From Candidatus Woesearchaeota archaeon (lineage in GTDB: Archaea; Nanobdellota; Nanobdellia; Pacearchaeales; UBA284), in assembly GCA_964443565.1 (NCBI GenBank), contig CAYUCT010000002.1, positions 2,036 to 66,035 on the forward strand: DNA of 64,000 nt. The letters are read 5' to 3'. Below, piece by piece: positions 8,531-18,644 of the stretch. The notes below the pieces were generated by a model. That model was not told where the DNA came from. It worked only from the letters and a program-made list of their open reading frames with translations, and ran no database searches. The translations under genes were made by a program, and so were the position numbers. Numbering within the stretch: the stretch's first letter is position 1; each line of letters opens with the position of its first letter.

Positions 8531-10411
8531 ATGATGAAAATATACAATAAAGTTGGAAGAACTTTGAGTACTCTATTAGCCGCATCAACATTCTATTTTA
8601 CACAACCGATTAAATTAAATGCAACAATCCCAGAAAACGAAATAATTACATATTCTGAACAAAAAGATACCTCTAATGTTAAAGGAGAAGAATTAGAAAC
8701 ACTTTATGTTGTTCCTAATAAAGATATAACTGATTTAAATTCTGAAACCAAACCTCAAATAAAAGAAAAAATTAATCTTGGCGAGGGAGTTGTTTATCCA
8801 AAACCAATTACCCTTTCATATTCGACAAAGGATTTATCCTTATCTAAAGAAGATAAAGAAAATGAATTTGATGAATTGAATGAATTTGAAAAGAAAACAA
8901 TTGCTAACGCCTTAAAAAGCTGTTTTAAGAATTATATCAATCTCATTTCCGAAGGGAGCGATTCAGAAGGAAAAAATAAAATTTCTACTTTGGGAGCATT
9001 TCAAAATAATTCAAAATTTATGAATAAACCATTTGAATATGGATTGATGTTAAATTTAGGATTAGATATGTTCAAAAAAAATCATTCTGATTTTCAAATT
9101 GGTGCCGGGACATATATTGGATTGGACAATCATATCATCCCTGTTTCTTGTGATTTTAATTCTGAAAATGATAAAAAAGAAATTCAAAATGAAAATTATG
9201 CTCAAACAACTCAGGAAAGAGAAGATGGAATATCAAGAAGTGATAACTACTCTTTAGATAGTCTTGAAACAAAAATAGATGGAATTAATAATCACTTCGG
9301 TTTTGGATATGTTAAAAATTTTAAAGAAGAAAATTTAGAAATTGCTTGGGGTTATGGAAATTCAAAAAATATATACTCTGAAAAATTAGTACAAAAAACA
9401 AAAGATATTGAAACCATTTTAGACTCTTCAAGAATAGAAGATAATGGAATACCCATAACTATAAACACTGATTTGAGAAGTGAAACAAACACCCAAACAG
9501 AAAATGAAATAAATAATAATGTGTTATATCAAAATTTTTCTTTAAATTTAAAAAAACAAATTAATCAATTTTTAAATGGATTAAATATAAAATACCAAAT
9601 TATAGACAACAAAACAAGAAATTATCTTTCAATTGATACTGAAAATAAAACAACCGGAACAACGATTGTGAATATAAATGATGATCCAAATGGAAACACG
9701 ATAATTCCAATTAATTCAACATCCCAAACTTATTCACAATATGCTGATTCATCTATTCAAAAAACAAGCGGTATTAAGATAGGTTATTCTCTTGAAACAA
9801 TTTTATCTAAAAATAAAAATCTTCTTACATCTATTGGATATAATTCGATAGAAAAAACATTTAATGGTGGAATTGGATTTGGCGGACAATTTTATAATTC
9901 AAAATTAGATAAACAATTTGTTGGGGGATTGGGAATTGAAGGAGATAAAAACAATCTTGGAATTGAAGGTTATTTATTTATGGATAATGGAAAAGGAAAA
10001 AATAAAAATTCAGAAAAAGGAGATTATACTCAAAGTATAATTAAAAATTATAATCAACAAGTTAAAAATATTGAAGGAGGTGATATTTTAAGCGAAAAAC
10101 AAAAAGAACATGCTTTGGAAATGTCAAAGATAGAACTTATGCAAGGTTTAGGATTAAAAGGAGAAAATTATGGATTTTTAATAAAATATCAAAAACTTGG
10201 AGAAAATTCACCTGTATTTTCTGTAGAAGGAATTTATGCTAATGAAGAATATTTTATTGGTGCAAAAGTAGGAACAGATTATCTTGGAGCTAGTTTTGGA
10301 TTACCAAAAAAAGAATTTTCACCGTCATTTAAGCTTGGATATATCCATCCTCGAGACAATCAAAATAACTTAAAAAGTGCAATTAAATTTGGCGGGTCTA
10401 TAAAATTTTAA
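8531..10411 (+). CDS. Secreted hypothetical protein with outer-membrane-beta-barrel-like sequence features
   Basis: N-terminal signal-like segment; many Gly/aromatic amphipathic strands; C-terminus IKFGGSIKF. Confidence 0.55.
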   Translation: MMKIYNKVGRTLSTLLAASTFYFTQPIKLNATIPENEIITYSEQKDTSNVKGEELETLYVVPNKDITDLNSETKPQIKEKINLGEGVVYPKPITLSYSTKDLSLSKEDKENEFDELNEFEKKTIANALKSCFKNYINLISEGSDSEGKNKISTLGAFQNNSKFMNKPFEYGLMLNLGLDMFKKNHSDFQIGAGTYIGLDNHIIPVSCDFNSENDKKEIQNENYAQTTQEREDGISRSDNYSLDSLETKIDGINNHFGFGYVKNFKEENLEIAWGYGNSKNIYSEKLVQKTKDIETILDSSRIEDNGIPITINTDLRSETNTQTENEINNNVLYQNFSLNLKKQINQFLNGLNIKYQIIDNKTRNYLSIDTENKTTGTTIVNINDDPNGNTIIPINSTSQTYSQYADSSIQKTSGIKIGYSLETILSKNKNLLTSIGYNSIEKTFNGGIGFGGQFYNSKLDKQFVGGLGIEGDKNNLGIEGYLFMDNGKGKNKNSEKGDYTQSIIKNYNQQVKNIEGGDILSEKQKEHALEMSKIELMQGLGLKGENYGFLIKYQKLGENSPVFSVEGIYANEEYFIGAKVGTDYLGASFGLPKKEFSPSFKLGYIHPRDNQNNLKSAIKFGGSIKF

Positions 10412-10434
10412 AAATATAAAATATTAAAAATAAA

Positions 10435-13400
10435 ATGATAAACAACAAAAATCAAAAAAATAATCAGGAAAAAAATAAAATTGGAAAAGTTTTATTCAGT
10501 TTTATCTCTTTGTTTACCTTATTATCTTTATTTTTAATTTCTTCAAATATTGTTCTTCAAGATGTTGGAGTGAATATGCTTGCACAAACAAATGAAAAAA
10601 CAGACTTCCCACCAGTTATAACTTATTTTGATGCTACACCAAATCCTGCAAATACTACAACCACAATTATTGCTTCTGTTTCAGATGATATAAGATTAAC
10701 AGAATTAAAATTATATGAAGACGGAAATTTAATTTATACTATGTCTTGTTCTACAAGAGTTTGTTCTTTAACAAAAACAATAACAAAAACTCTTGCAGGA
10801 GAATATGATTATACATTAATTGCAAAAGATAGCGCAGGAAAAATAACAAATTCAAATATTGTGACAGTAATATTTAATGGATTTAATCATAATCCAACAA
10901 TTGATTCTTGGATTCCAACAAATCAAAATCCTTCGGCAAATGAAAACTCATTATTAAGTTTTTCAGTCACTGCTTCAGATATTGATGGAGATTCTTTAAA
11001 TTATATATGGAAGGTAGATAATATTCAAGTTGGAACGAATAGGGGGTATAATTATAATTTAGATTATTTTTCTTCAGGAAACCATTTAATATATGTTATT
11101 GTCTCGGATGGAAAAGGCGGAACAGCTGTTAAAACTTGGAACCTTACAGTTAATAATATCTTAATCCCAACAACATGCACATTAACAATCATTCCAACTT
11201 CCCCAAATGTATATGGGATTGAAACAACAGTATCATGTAATTGTTTAAGCAATATTGGAACAATAACCGAAACAAACACAATATTAAGAAGAAATGGAAT
11301 TATAGTAACTACTACTGAAAATAATCAAGGAGTTATCTTACCTGTGGGAACACATAATTATTGGTGTTATACTCAACAAACAACAAATTTTGCTTTTGCC
11401 GAAGAAAATGAAACATATATTATTAATAGAGCAAATCCAAACATACATTTAGCATTAAATGGAATTGAAAATAATCTAAATTTAATTTATGGAACACAAA
11501 GTAATTCCACTGGTTGGGTAGAAACAACACAAGGAATTAATAATGCAAGATTATATAGAGACGGAATTTTAATTAATTCTGGAAGCCCTGTTTCAGAGAT
11601 AAATATTTTAGGGGCAGGGGTATATAATTATACATACAATTATTCGCAATCACAAAATTATACTGCAGAAACAATTACAAGAATATTAACAATAGAAAGA
11701 GCAACAAGTACTTGCGAGATTTCGTTCAATCCAATTTCTCCTAGTATTTATGGGACTTTTGTAACTCCAACATGTGTTTGCACAAATCCCGAATCTGCAA
11801 CTGTTTTTACCATGGACGGAGAAAGAATTACAAATAACGCCCCTATTTTAATGTCGACCGGATTTCATGAATTTCAATGTTATACCAGAAGAAGTCAAAA
11901 TTATACTGCTGCAATGGATAGAGAAAATTATACTATCATTCAACAAACATCAACTTGTACTTTAGAAATTAATCCTGCTTCACCAATTATATACGGAACA
12001 CAAACAAATGCATCCTGTAGTTGTGATAATCCAGAAACAAATGCAAGATTATTTAGAGATAATTTAGATGTAACAGCTACAGAAAATAATCAAAATATCT
12101 TGCTCGGAGCAGGAATATATAATTATGTATGTAATGCAAGTGAAACACAAAATTATGGTTCTGCAGAAGATACAGAAACATTAATTGTAAATAGAGATAA
12201 TTCAGAAATAAATCTTTTATTAAATAATACCGACGGAAATATTACTGCAAATGAATTTGATTTTGTCCCAATATTTGCAGAGTTAATTAATCCAACAAAT
12301 GGAAATATAGAAATATATAATAATGGAATTAGCATATATGATGGAATTTCTCCTTATTCTAATGTTTTATCATTTACTACGGGAGTTTATAATATTACAG
12401 CAATCTATCCAGAAAATCAAAACTATAGTTCAAGTTATGAAACACATTTCATAACCGTCATTGCACTAAATACTGCGCCAAATGTTGTTTTAATATCCCC
12501 AATCAATAATACTGTTTTTGATAATCCACAACAAATTGAATTTAATTTTATGGTTCTTGACGATTATGATATAAATTTGAATTGTAATTTATACCTAGAT
12601 GAAAATTTAAATCAAACAATCTCTGCAACAAATGGTAATTTAAATTCTATTAATATTGATGGAATCTCTTTAGGAAATCATTCGTGGAGAATGGAATGTC
12701 AAGATAGTGAAGGATTAATTGGAATAAGTGAAGAATGGAATTTTGAAATTGTTTTGCGTGATATTGCAATCGATGATACTTACACAAGTACAATTAATGG
12801 AATCAGAGTAAGTTTTGAAAATGGAACAATTATTTTAGATGATCCGGCAATATTATATTATAATAATAATTATTCTGTGAGAGCAAGAATAAATAATCTT
12901 GGAACTCAACTTGAAAATATAAATACAACATTTTATCTTCAAAATTCTACAAATACAATTTATTTAGGAGAAGATAGTAATTTTGGAGTAAATTTATTTT
13001 ATTATGCTGATTTAATTTTAAATGAATTTGAAATTTCTGAATTTTCTGGGGATTATAATTTAATTATTAATACAACCATCTTAGGATATACAGATTATGA
13101 TTTAACAAATAATGAAAGACAAAGAATGGTTAGATTTGAACTTTTAGATTTAGAAGCACCATATTATTATGATGAAAATGTAAATCCTACAAGTCCTGTA
13201 TTTTATGGAAACGACCCATACACATTTAGTATTAATTGGACAGACAATGTTCAAGTAGAAGAAATTCAGTTTATATTTGAAGGACAAAATTATACTCCAA
13301 TTTGCACACCAAACATACCCTCAATGTCTACAATTTGTGAATACACCTTTAATGAATTAGCTGCCGGAATTTACACTTATTCTTGGTCTGCTTCTGATCC

Positions 13401-15714
13401 AAGCGACAATTTTAATTCTACAGGAGATTTAAGTTATACTATCATTCAACAAACATCAACTTGTACTTTAGAAATTAATCCTGCTTCACCAATTATATAC
13501 GGAACACAAACAAATGCATCCTGTAGTTGTGATAATCCAGAAACAAATGCAAGATTATTTAGAGATAATTTAGATGTAACAGCTACAGAAAATAATCAAA
13601 ATATCTTGCTCGGAGCAGGAATATATAATTATGTATGTAATGCAAGTGAAACACAAAATTATGGTTCTGCAGAAGATACAGAAGCCTATTTAATTTTGCC
13701 GGCAAGTCCATTAAGTGAAATGCATTTAGCAATAAATAATCTTGAAGCAGACCAAACATTTACTTATCCCATAACTACAAATGCTAGTGGTTGGAATGAT
13801 CTAGTTGGACAAATTATTACATTTAATTTATATCAAAATGGAAATCTTATTTCAAATCCAAATATTAATGAACTTTCTGCAGGAGTTTATACTTATATTT
13901 ATAATACTAGTGGAAATCAAAATTATACCGCAGAAACAATTACAAGAATATTAACAATAGAACAAGCTTTGACACAATTAACTTTAATTGCAACTCCAAA
14001 TTGGACAATTTATGATGGAATGCAATCCAATATTTCTTGTTCAGCAGACAATTCAGAAGTAATTATAAATTTATATCGAGATAATATCTTAATTAATTCT
14101 GAAAATAATTATGTTGAAGACACAACTACCCTTCCTATGGGGAATTATAATTATATCTGTAATACCAGTGGAAATCAAAATTATACTTCTGATTCAGAAA
14201 ACAATATTTTGACTATTCTCCCTAAAGAACCAGGAATTATTCAATTATTCTTAAATGGAATTGAAAACGATTTAAGCGTAGAATATCTTAATAATCCAAT
14301 AAATGCAACAGCAATATCCTTATTCAATAATGTCACACTCTATAGAAATGGAATTTTAATTGGAGAAAATTATAATTTTGCCGAAGATATTTCAACATTA
14401 AGTGCGGGAATTTATACTTATTATGCAAACAGTTCCGGAAATGCAACACACTATCCAGCAAATATAACCCGGCAAGTAGTTATAAATAAGAGTTCTCCAA
14501 ATTTGGAAATAATAATCCTTCCAAGCACCAATGTGATTTACGGAACAGAAACAACAGCCATTTGTAATATTGTAAACACAAATGAAATTGATTCTATTTT
14601 AGAATTTTATAGAATGCTCGCCGGATGGACAAATACTACTCAGATCGTTTCAAATCCAGATATAAATATTTTAGCGGGGGGCATCTATACCTATATTTGT
14701 AATGTTTCAGAATCAGAAAACTATACTTCTGGATCTGTTGAACAAGATTTAACAATTAATCGAGCAAACTCTTCAATTATCTTATTATTAGATGGTTTAG
14801 ATTCAAATATTACCAGAATTGAAGGAAATGTAATTAATCATACAGCAATAATAAATTTATTTTCAATTCCAAATATTGTTAATGCAAGAATTAATATTTA
14901 TAATCCTTCAAACAATTTAATTTATTCTTCAGAAGGTGTTTCACCGTATACTATCTTATACAACTATACTGTTCCGGGATTGTATAGGGCAGAAGCACTA
15001 TTTGATGGAACCGAAAATTATACCGGAAGTTCAACAGAGCATTATTTAAATATCACGCCAATAATTCATGATTCAAATGTAATTAACATAACTTATAACA
15101 AAAGTAATAGTACGGTTTATTTAGACGACGTAGTTTCAGTATTTGCATATATAAGAAATGATGGAAATGTTCCAGAAAATATAAATGTCACATTAGAAGA
15201 TAATGGAGAAATTATTGCTTGGCAAATTTTATCCGGGATGTTTGCAAATGAAACTGTTCATGAAACAAGACAAATTGAATTTATTTGGAATGCCAAAAAT
15301 GATTTATGGAGAACAATAACCATAAATGCAGTCCCATTAGAAGGAGAAACAAATTTATTAGATAATCAAAAATCTCTTAATATTAGAGTTTGGAAGGTTT
15401 GCGATGTTATTGAATGTAGTGAATTTTATCCAAGAACAACAAAAACAAATTATACCTTGGGAGAATATTTTAATGCTTCATTATTAATTGTTAATAAATG
15501 GAATGATGAACAATTTTATGACTTAAAACTAGAATTAAATTCAACCGATGGATTATTTATAGATTCTTCAAAAGTAATATACATGAATCTGTCCCCCGCA
15601 CAAACAACCGTTAAAAGATGGCCTGTTAAAGGAATTGATTATGGTATTGAAACAATTTATTCATATGCGGGAAATAAAGAATATTTATCGTCTAAACAGA
15701 TCACAATTAATTAA
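10435..15714 (+). CDS. Giant Ig-like repeat surface protein (adhesin/S-layer-associated), 1759 aa
   Basis: N-terminal hydrophobic segment; cadherin/Ig-like NHNPTI..SDIDGDSLNYIW; recurring LxxGxYNYxC..xxNY modules; CARDB-like C-terminal region; many N-x-S/T sequons. Confidence 0.8.
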   Translation: MINNKNQKNNQEKNKIGKVLFSFISLFTLLSLFLISSNIVLQDVGVNMLAQTNEKTDFPPVITYFDATPNPANTTTTIIASVSDDIRLTELKLYEDGNLIYTMSCSTRVCSLTKTITKTLAGEYDYTLIAKDSAGKITNSNIVTVIFNGFNHNPTIDSWIPTNQNPSANENSLLSFSVTASDIDGDSLNYIWKVDNIQVGTNRGYNYNLDYFSSGNHLIYVIVSDGKGGTAVKTWNLTVNNILIPTTCTLTIIPTSPNVYGIETTVSCNCLSNIGTITETNTILRRNGIIVTTTENNQGVILPVGTHNYWCYTQQTTNFAFAEENETYIINRANPNIHLALNGIENNLNLIYGTQSNSTGWVETTQGINNARLYRDGILINSGSPVSEINILGAGVYNYTYNYSQSQNYTAETITRILTIERATSTCEISFNPISPSIYGTFVTPTCVCTNPESATVFTMDGERITNNAPILMSTGFHEFQCYTRRSQNYTAAMDRENYTIIQQTSTCTLEINPASPIIYGTQTNASCSCDNPETNARLFRDNLDVTATENNQNILLGAGIYNYVCNASETQNYGSAEDTETLIVNRDNSEINLLLNNTDGNITANEFDFVPIFAELINPTNGNIEIYNNGISIYDGISPYSNVLSFTTGVYNITAIYPENQNYSSSYETHFITVIALNTAPNVVLISPINNTVFDNPQQIEFNFMVLDDYDINLNCNLYLDENLNQTISATNGNLNSINIDGISLGNHSWRMECQDSEGLIGISEEWNFEIVLRDIAIDDTYTSTINGIRVSFENGTIILDDPAILYYNNNYSVRARINNLGTQLENINTTFYLQNSTNTIYLGEDSNFGVNLFYYADLILNEFEISEFSGDYNLIINTTILGYTDYDLTNNERQRMVRFELLDLEAPYYYDENVNPTSPVFYGNDPYTFSINWTDNVQVEEIQFIFEGQNYTPICTPNIPSMSTICEYTFNELAAGIYTYSWSASDPSDNFNSTGDLSYTIIQQTSTCTLEINPASPIIYGTQTNASCSCDNPETNARLFRDNLDVTATENNQNILLGAGIYNYVCNASETQNYGSAEDTEAYLILPASPLSEMHLAINNLEADQTFTYPITTNASGWNDLVGQIITFNLYQNGNLISNPNINELSAGVYTYIYNTSGNQNYTAETITRILTIEQALTQLTLIATPNWTIYDGMQSNISCSADNSEVIINLYRDNILINSENNYVEDTTTLPMGNYNYICNTSGNQNYTSDSENNILTILPKEPGIIQLFLNGIENDLSVEYLNNPINATAISLFNNVTLYRNGILIGENYNFAEDISTLSAGIYTYYANSSGNATHYPANITRQVVINKSSPNLEIIILPSTNVIYGTETTAICNIVNTNEIDSILEFYRMLAGWTNTTQIVSNPDINILAGGIYTYICNVSESENYTSGSVEQDLTINRANSSIILLLDGLDSNITRIEGNVINHTAIINLFSIPNIVNARINIYNPSNNLIYSSEGVSPYTILYNYTVPGLYRAEALFDGTENYTGSSTEHYLNITPIIHDSNVINITYNKSNSTVYLDDVVSVFAYIRNDGNVPENINVTLEDNGEIIAWQILSGMFANETVHETRQIEFIWNAKNDLWRTITINAVPLEGETNLLDNQKSLNIRVWKVCDVIECSEFYPRTTKTNYTLGEYFNASLLIVNKWNDEQFYDLKLELNSTDGLFIDSSKVIYMNLSPAQTTVKRWPVKGIDYGIETIYSYAGNKEYLSSKQITIN
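11653..11697 (+). repeat. 45-bp direct repeat, copy 1 (copy 2 at 13918-13962, one mismatch)
   Basis: CAAAATTATAC(T/C)GCAGAAACAATTACAAGAATATTAACAATAGAA, encoding QNYTAETITRILTIE twice. Confidence 0.85.
11928..12177 (+). repeat. 250-bp exact direct repeat, copy 1
   Basis: Identical to 13434-13683 by eye (offset 1506 bp); encodes YTIIQQTSTC...GSAEDTE. Confidence 0.9.
13434..13683 (+). repeat. 250-bp exact direct repeat, copy 2
   Basis: Identical to 11928-12177. Confidence 0.9.
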
Positions 15715-15743
15715 ATACTAAAAATAAATAAAATTTAAACAAA

Positions 15744-17507
15744 ATGAAAACACAAAAACAAATTATTTTGGGAATAATTTTATTAGTCTCTGCTTTATTA
15801 TTTGAAACAATTGTTACTGCACAAGCAATTCCTTGTGATAATAATTATTTTGCTTTAACTTACTCTCCAAATGATTTAAACGAAGGAGAATTATTTAATT
15901 TAAGATTTACAGATATTTTTGGGGAAGTTATCGGGCAAAGTGTTTGGTTAGACTATTCGAACTTAGTTTTATTTTCAGGAGATAATCCCCAAACTGTTCA
16001 ACTTACCGAAGATTATGGTCAAGCAATTTGGTCTTTAAATTCTTCTGTTGGCGGGGTGTATACTGTCAATGTAATCATTCCAATGACCAGTACGCAAAAT
16101 TGTACTGTTGAAAAAGAAATTGAAATTTATCCTTACTCTGATGAAGAATTATCCCCTCAACTAATTGTAACTCTTGCAGATTGGAATTTGATTAATGCTT
16201 CTACAAATTATCAAGAATATCCTATTAAATATGAAAATATTGGCACCGGAAGAGCATTAAATATTAGTTCATTTTTTAATTCAATTGCGTCAATAAGTTA
16301 TTCTGGCTCTCCATTTGATTTAAATATTGGAGATGAAGAAACAATTGATTATAATTTTAACAATTCATGGTGTGGAGAATATAATCTTAGTGTAACTACA
16401 AATTATCAAAATGAAATTGGAGAATTTTCTACACCAATAAATAACTATGACACCTTCAATATTTCTGGTTCAGATTTACAAATTATAAATGCAGAAATTA
16501 CTGATAGCAGAATGTATGATGGAGAAGATGTTGTATTTTTAGTTAATGTTACAAACAATAACAGAACATTAAATGGAATTATTTCATCTAATGCAGAAGA
16601 TGTAAGAGTCTATTTCAATGGGATTGCGTGTTCTGTTCCTACAACAATAAATGTGGGAGACGTTACAACTTTATCTTGTTCATATCATTTAAATGAAGAT
16701 ATAAGGACAACAACTACTCGGTCCTTTGAATTAAAAGTCATTTCAGAAAATGAATGTTCCAACTGGAATAATGATGTCTATGATTTAACAATAACCATTT
16801 ATGGAACAACAACCAGTGGCGGCGGTGGCGGTAGTTCTGGAAGTTCTGGTGACAGCAGTTATGTTCCTGTTTGTGGAAATAAGATTTGCGAATCCGGAGA
16901 AACCGAAACAAATTGTGCAACAGATTGCAATTCTTTAATAACCCCCCCAGCACAAACAGTTATTTCTTCTGATATTGGTAATGAAGAAATAATTATTTAT
17001 TCAAAAGATAAACTTGCATTTTTAAAATTAAAAGAAGGAACAAAAGCATTCATGGAAAATCTTCCAATTAAGAATGTTAGAGATTGGGTAATAATAGAAA
17101 ATGGAGAAATTTCAAAAAAATTACCTTATGGATACATAATGATTCGACAATATGAATTTATTCCAAATGGATTAGAATTTATTCCTGATGCAACAGTAGG
17201 TTTTGCATATGACTATAATGAAATAAAGAATGGAGTTTATATAGCATTTTATGATTTAGATAATGAGAAATGGATATTTTTAGATTCAAATGAAAATCAA
17301 CAAGAAAAAATTATAGAAACAAATATTCAACATTTTAGCAATTATGCTTTGGTAACAAAACAAAGTTTTTCATTAACCGGATTTTATTTATTAGATTCAG
17401 TAATCGGAGCAATAAATGAAAATCTTTGGATAAATCTTGTTGCTGCAGCAGTTCTTATTTTAGGATTAATTTTATTTTTATTTTCTTTATTTAAAAAAAG
17501 AAAATAA
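15744..17507 (+). CDS. Membrane-anchored surface protein (CARDB/Ig-like domains, Gly linker, CGNxxCExGE repeat, HFS-motif domain, C-terminal TM)
   Basis: SDLQI..DGEDVVFLVNVTNN; GGGGGSSG; CGNKICESGETETNCATDC; QHFSNYAL; TM followed by KKRK. Confidence 0.75.
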   Translation: MKTQKQIILGIILLVSALLFETIVTAQAIPCDNNYFALTYSPNDLNEGELFNLRFTDIFGEVIGQSVWLDYSNLVLFSGDNPQTVQLTEDYGQAIWSLNSSVGGVYTVNVIIPMTSTQNCTVEKEIEIYPYSDEELSPQLIVTLADWNLINASTNYQEYPIKYENIGTGRALNISSFFNSIASISYSGSPFDLNIGDEETIDYNFNNSWCGEYNLSVTTNYQNEIGEFSTPINNYDTFNISGSDLQIINAEITDSRMYDGEDVVFLVNVTNNNRTLNGIISSNAEDVRVYFNGIACSVPTTINVGDVTTLSCSYHLNEDIRTTTTRSFELKVISENECSNWNNDVYDLTITIYGTTTSGGGGGSSGSSGDSSYVPVCGNKICESGETETNCATDCNSLITPPAQTVISSDIGNEEIIIYSKDKLAFLKLKEGTKAFMENLPIKNVRDWVIIENGEISKKLPYGYIMIRQYEFIPNGLEFIPDATVGFAYDYNEIKNGVYIAFYDLDNEKWIFLDSNENQQEKIIETNIQHFSNYALVTKQSFSLTGFYLLDSVIGAINENLWINLVAAAVLILGLILFLFSLFKKRK

Positions 17508-17522
17508 TTTAAAAAACAAGAT

Positions 17523-18545
17523 TTATTTCCAAATTCCCGGAATTTTTTGATTACATTCTGAACATCGTCCATTAATCAAAGAATTTTTTATCAATAAAAA
17601 TCCATCTCGTATAATTAATGGTTTTTTGCAATTTGGACAAAAGGTTGTTGATAATGCCTGATTATGGATATTGCCAACGTAAACATAATTTAATCCCCTC
17701 TTTAATGCAATTTTTCTTGCATTTAACAAAGATGATTCATTTGTAGGGGGAATATCTAACATTTTATAGTTTGGATAAAACCGGTTTAAATGAAGAGGGA
17801 TATCTTCATCTACAGACTTAATAAAATTAGTTAATTCCAAGATATCTTTTTCTTTATCATTATATCCGGGAATAATCAAATAAGCAATTTCTAACCAAAT
17901 TTTATGTTTATGATATAATTCTATTGCTTCTAAAACCGGCTCTAATTTACCAGAGCAAATTTTATTATAAAACTTTTTGCCCCCCTTAAAATCAATATTT
18001 GCCCCGTCAATAAATTTAGACCATCTTTTAGCTGGTTCTTTATTTATAAAACCATTACTAACAATAACATTTTTTATTCCTTCTTTTTTTGCTAATTTCA
18101 TTGTATCAAAAGCATATTCATAGAATACTGTTGGTTCATTATAGGTATAACTTATTATTTTTGATGCGGAAATTTTAGTTTGTTCTATTATTTTTTTTGG
18201 GTATGCAAAATTAAAAAGATTTTTTGTTAAGGGATTTTGAGAAATTTCCCAATTTTGGCAGTTTAAACAATGAAAATTACAACCATTTGTGCCAAAGCTA
18301 AATGTTCTATCGCCAGGTAAAAAATGAAATAGGGGTTTTTTTTCTATTGGATCTAAAGCAAATGAAGAAGCCTTGCCATAAACTGTAGAATATAAATCTC
18401 CTTCAATATTTTTTCTTACTAAACAATCTCCAAATTTTCCTGCGGCAATTAAACAATTTTTTGGGCAAGTTAAACACTGAACTTTTTTATCTTTTAATTT
18501 TTTATAAAAAAATACTTCTCCCTCTTTTTTTATTTTTTTTTCCAT
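17523..18545 (-). CDS. amrS: AmmeMemoRadiSam system radical SAM enzyme
   Basis: CxxCPxxC N-terminus, DPIEKKPLFHF, GCNFHCLNCQNWEISQ, YTYNEP, C-terminal CPxC...CxxC. Confidence 0.9.
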   Translation of the reverse strand: MEKKIKKEGEVFFYKKLKDKKVQCLTCPKNCLIAAGKFGDCLVRKNIEGDLYSTVYGKASSFALDPIEKKPLFHFLPGDRTFSFGTNGCNFHCLNCQNWEISQNPLTKNLFNFAYPKKIIEQTKISASKIISYTYNEPTVFYEYAFDTMKLAKKEGIKNVIVSNGFINKEPAKRWSKFIDGANIDFKGGKKFYNKICSGKLEPVLEAIELYHKHKIWLEIAYLIIPGYNDKEKDILELTNFIKSVDEDIPLHLNRFYPNYKMLDIPPTNESSLLNARKIALKRGLNYVYVGNIHNQALSTTFCPNCKKPLIIRDGFLLIKNSLINGRCSECNQKIPGIWK

Positions 18546-18644
18546 TTCTTTAAATTTTTGATATTTTTAAGATTTTGATGAAGTTAATCATTTTAAAATT
18601 TAAATTTAATGATTTATTCTAGTTTGATAATATGTTAAATATTT

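Noticed and set aside
11653..13962. Repeats in the adhesin gene as a diversity-generating retroelement TR/VR pair
   Set aside because: The 250-bp copies are identical and the 45-bp copies differ by T/C rather than at adenines; both lie inside one ORF and there is no reverse transcriptase in the window
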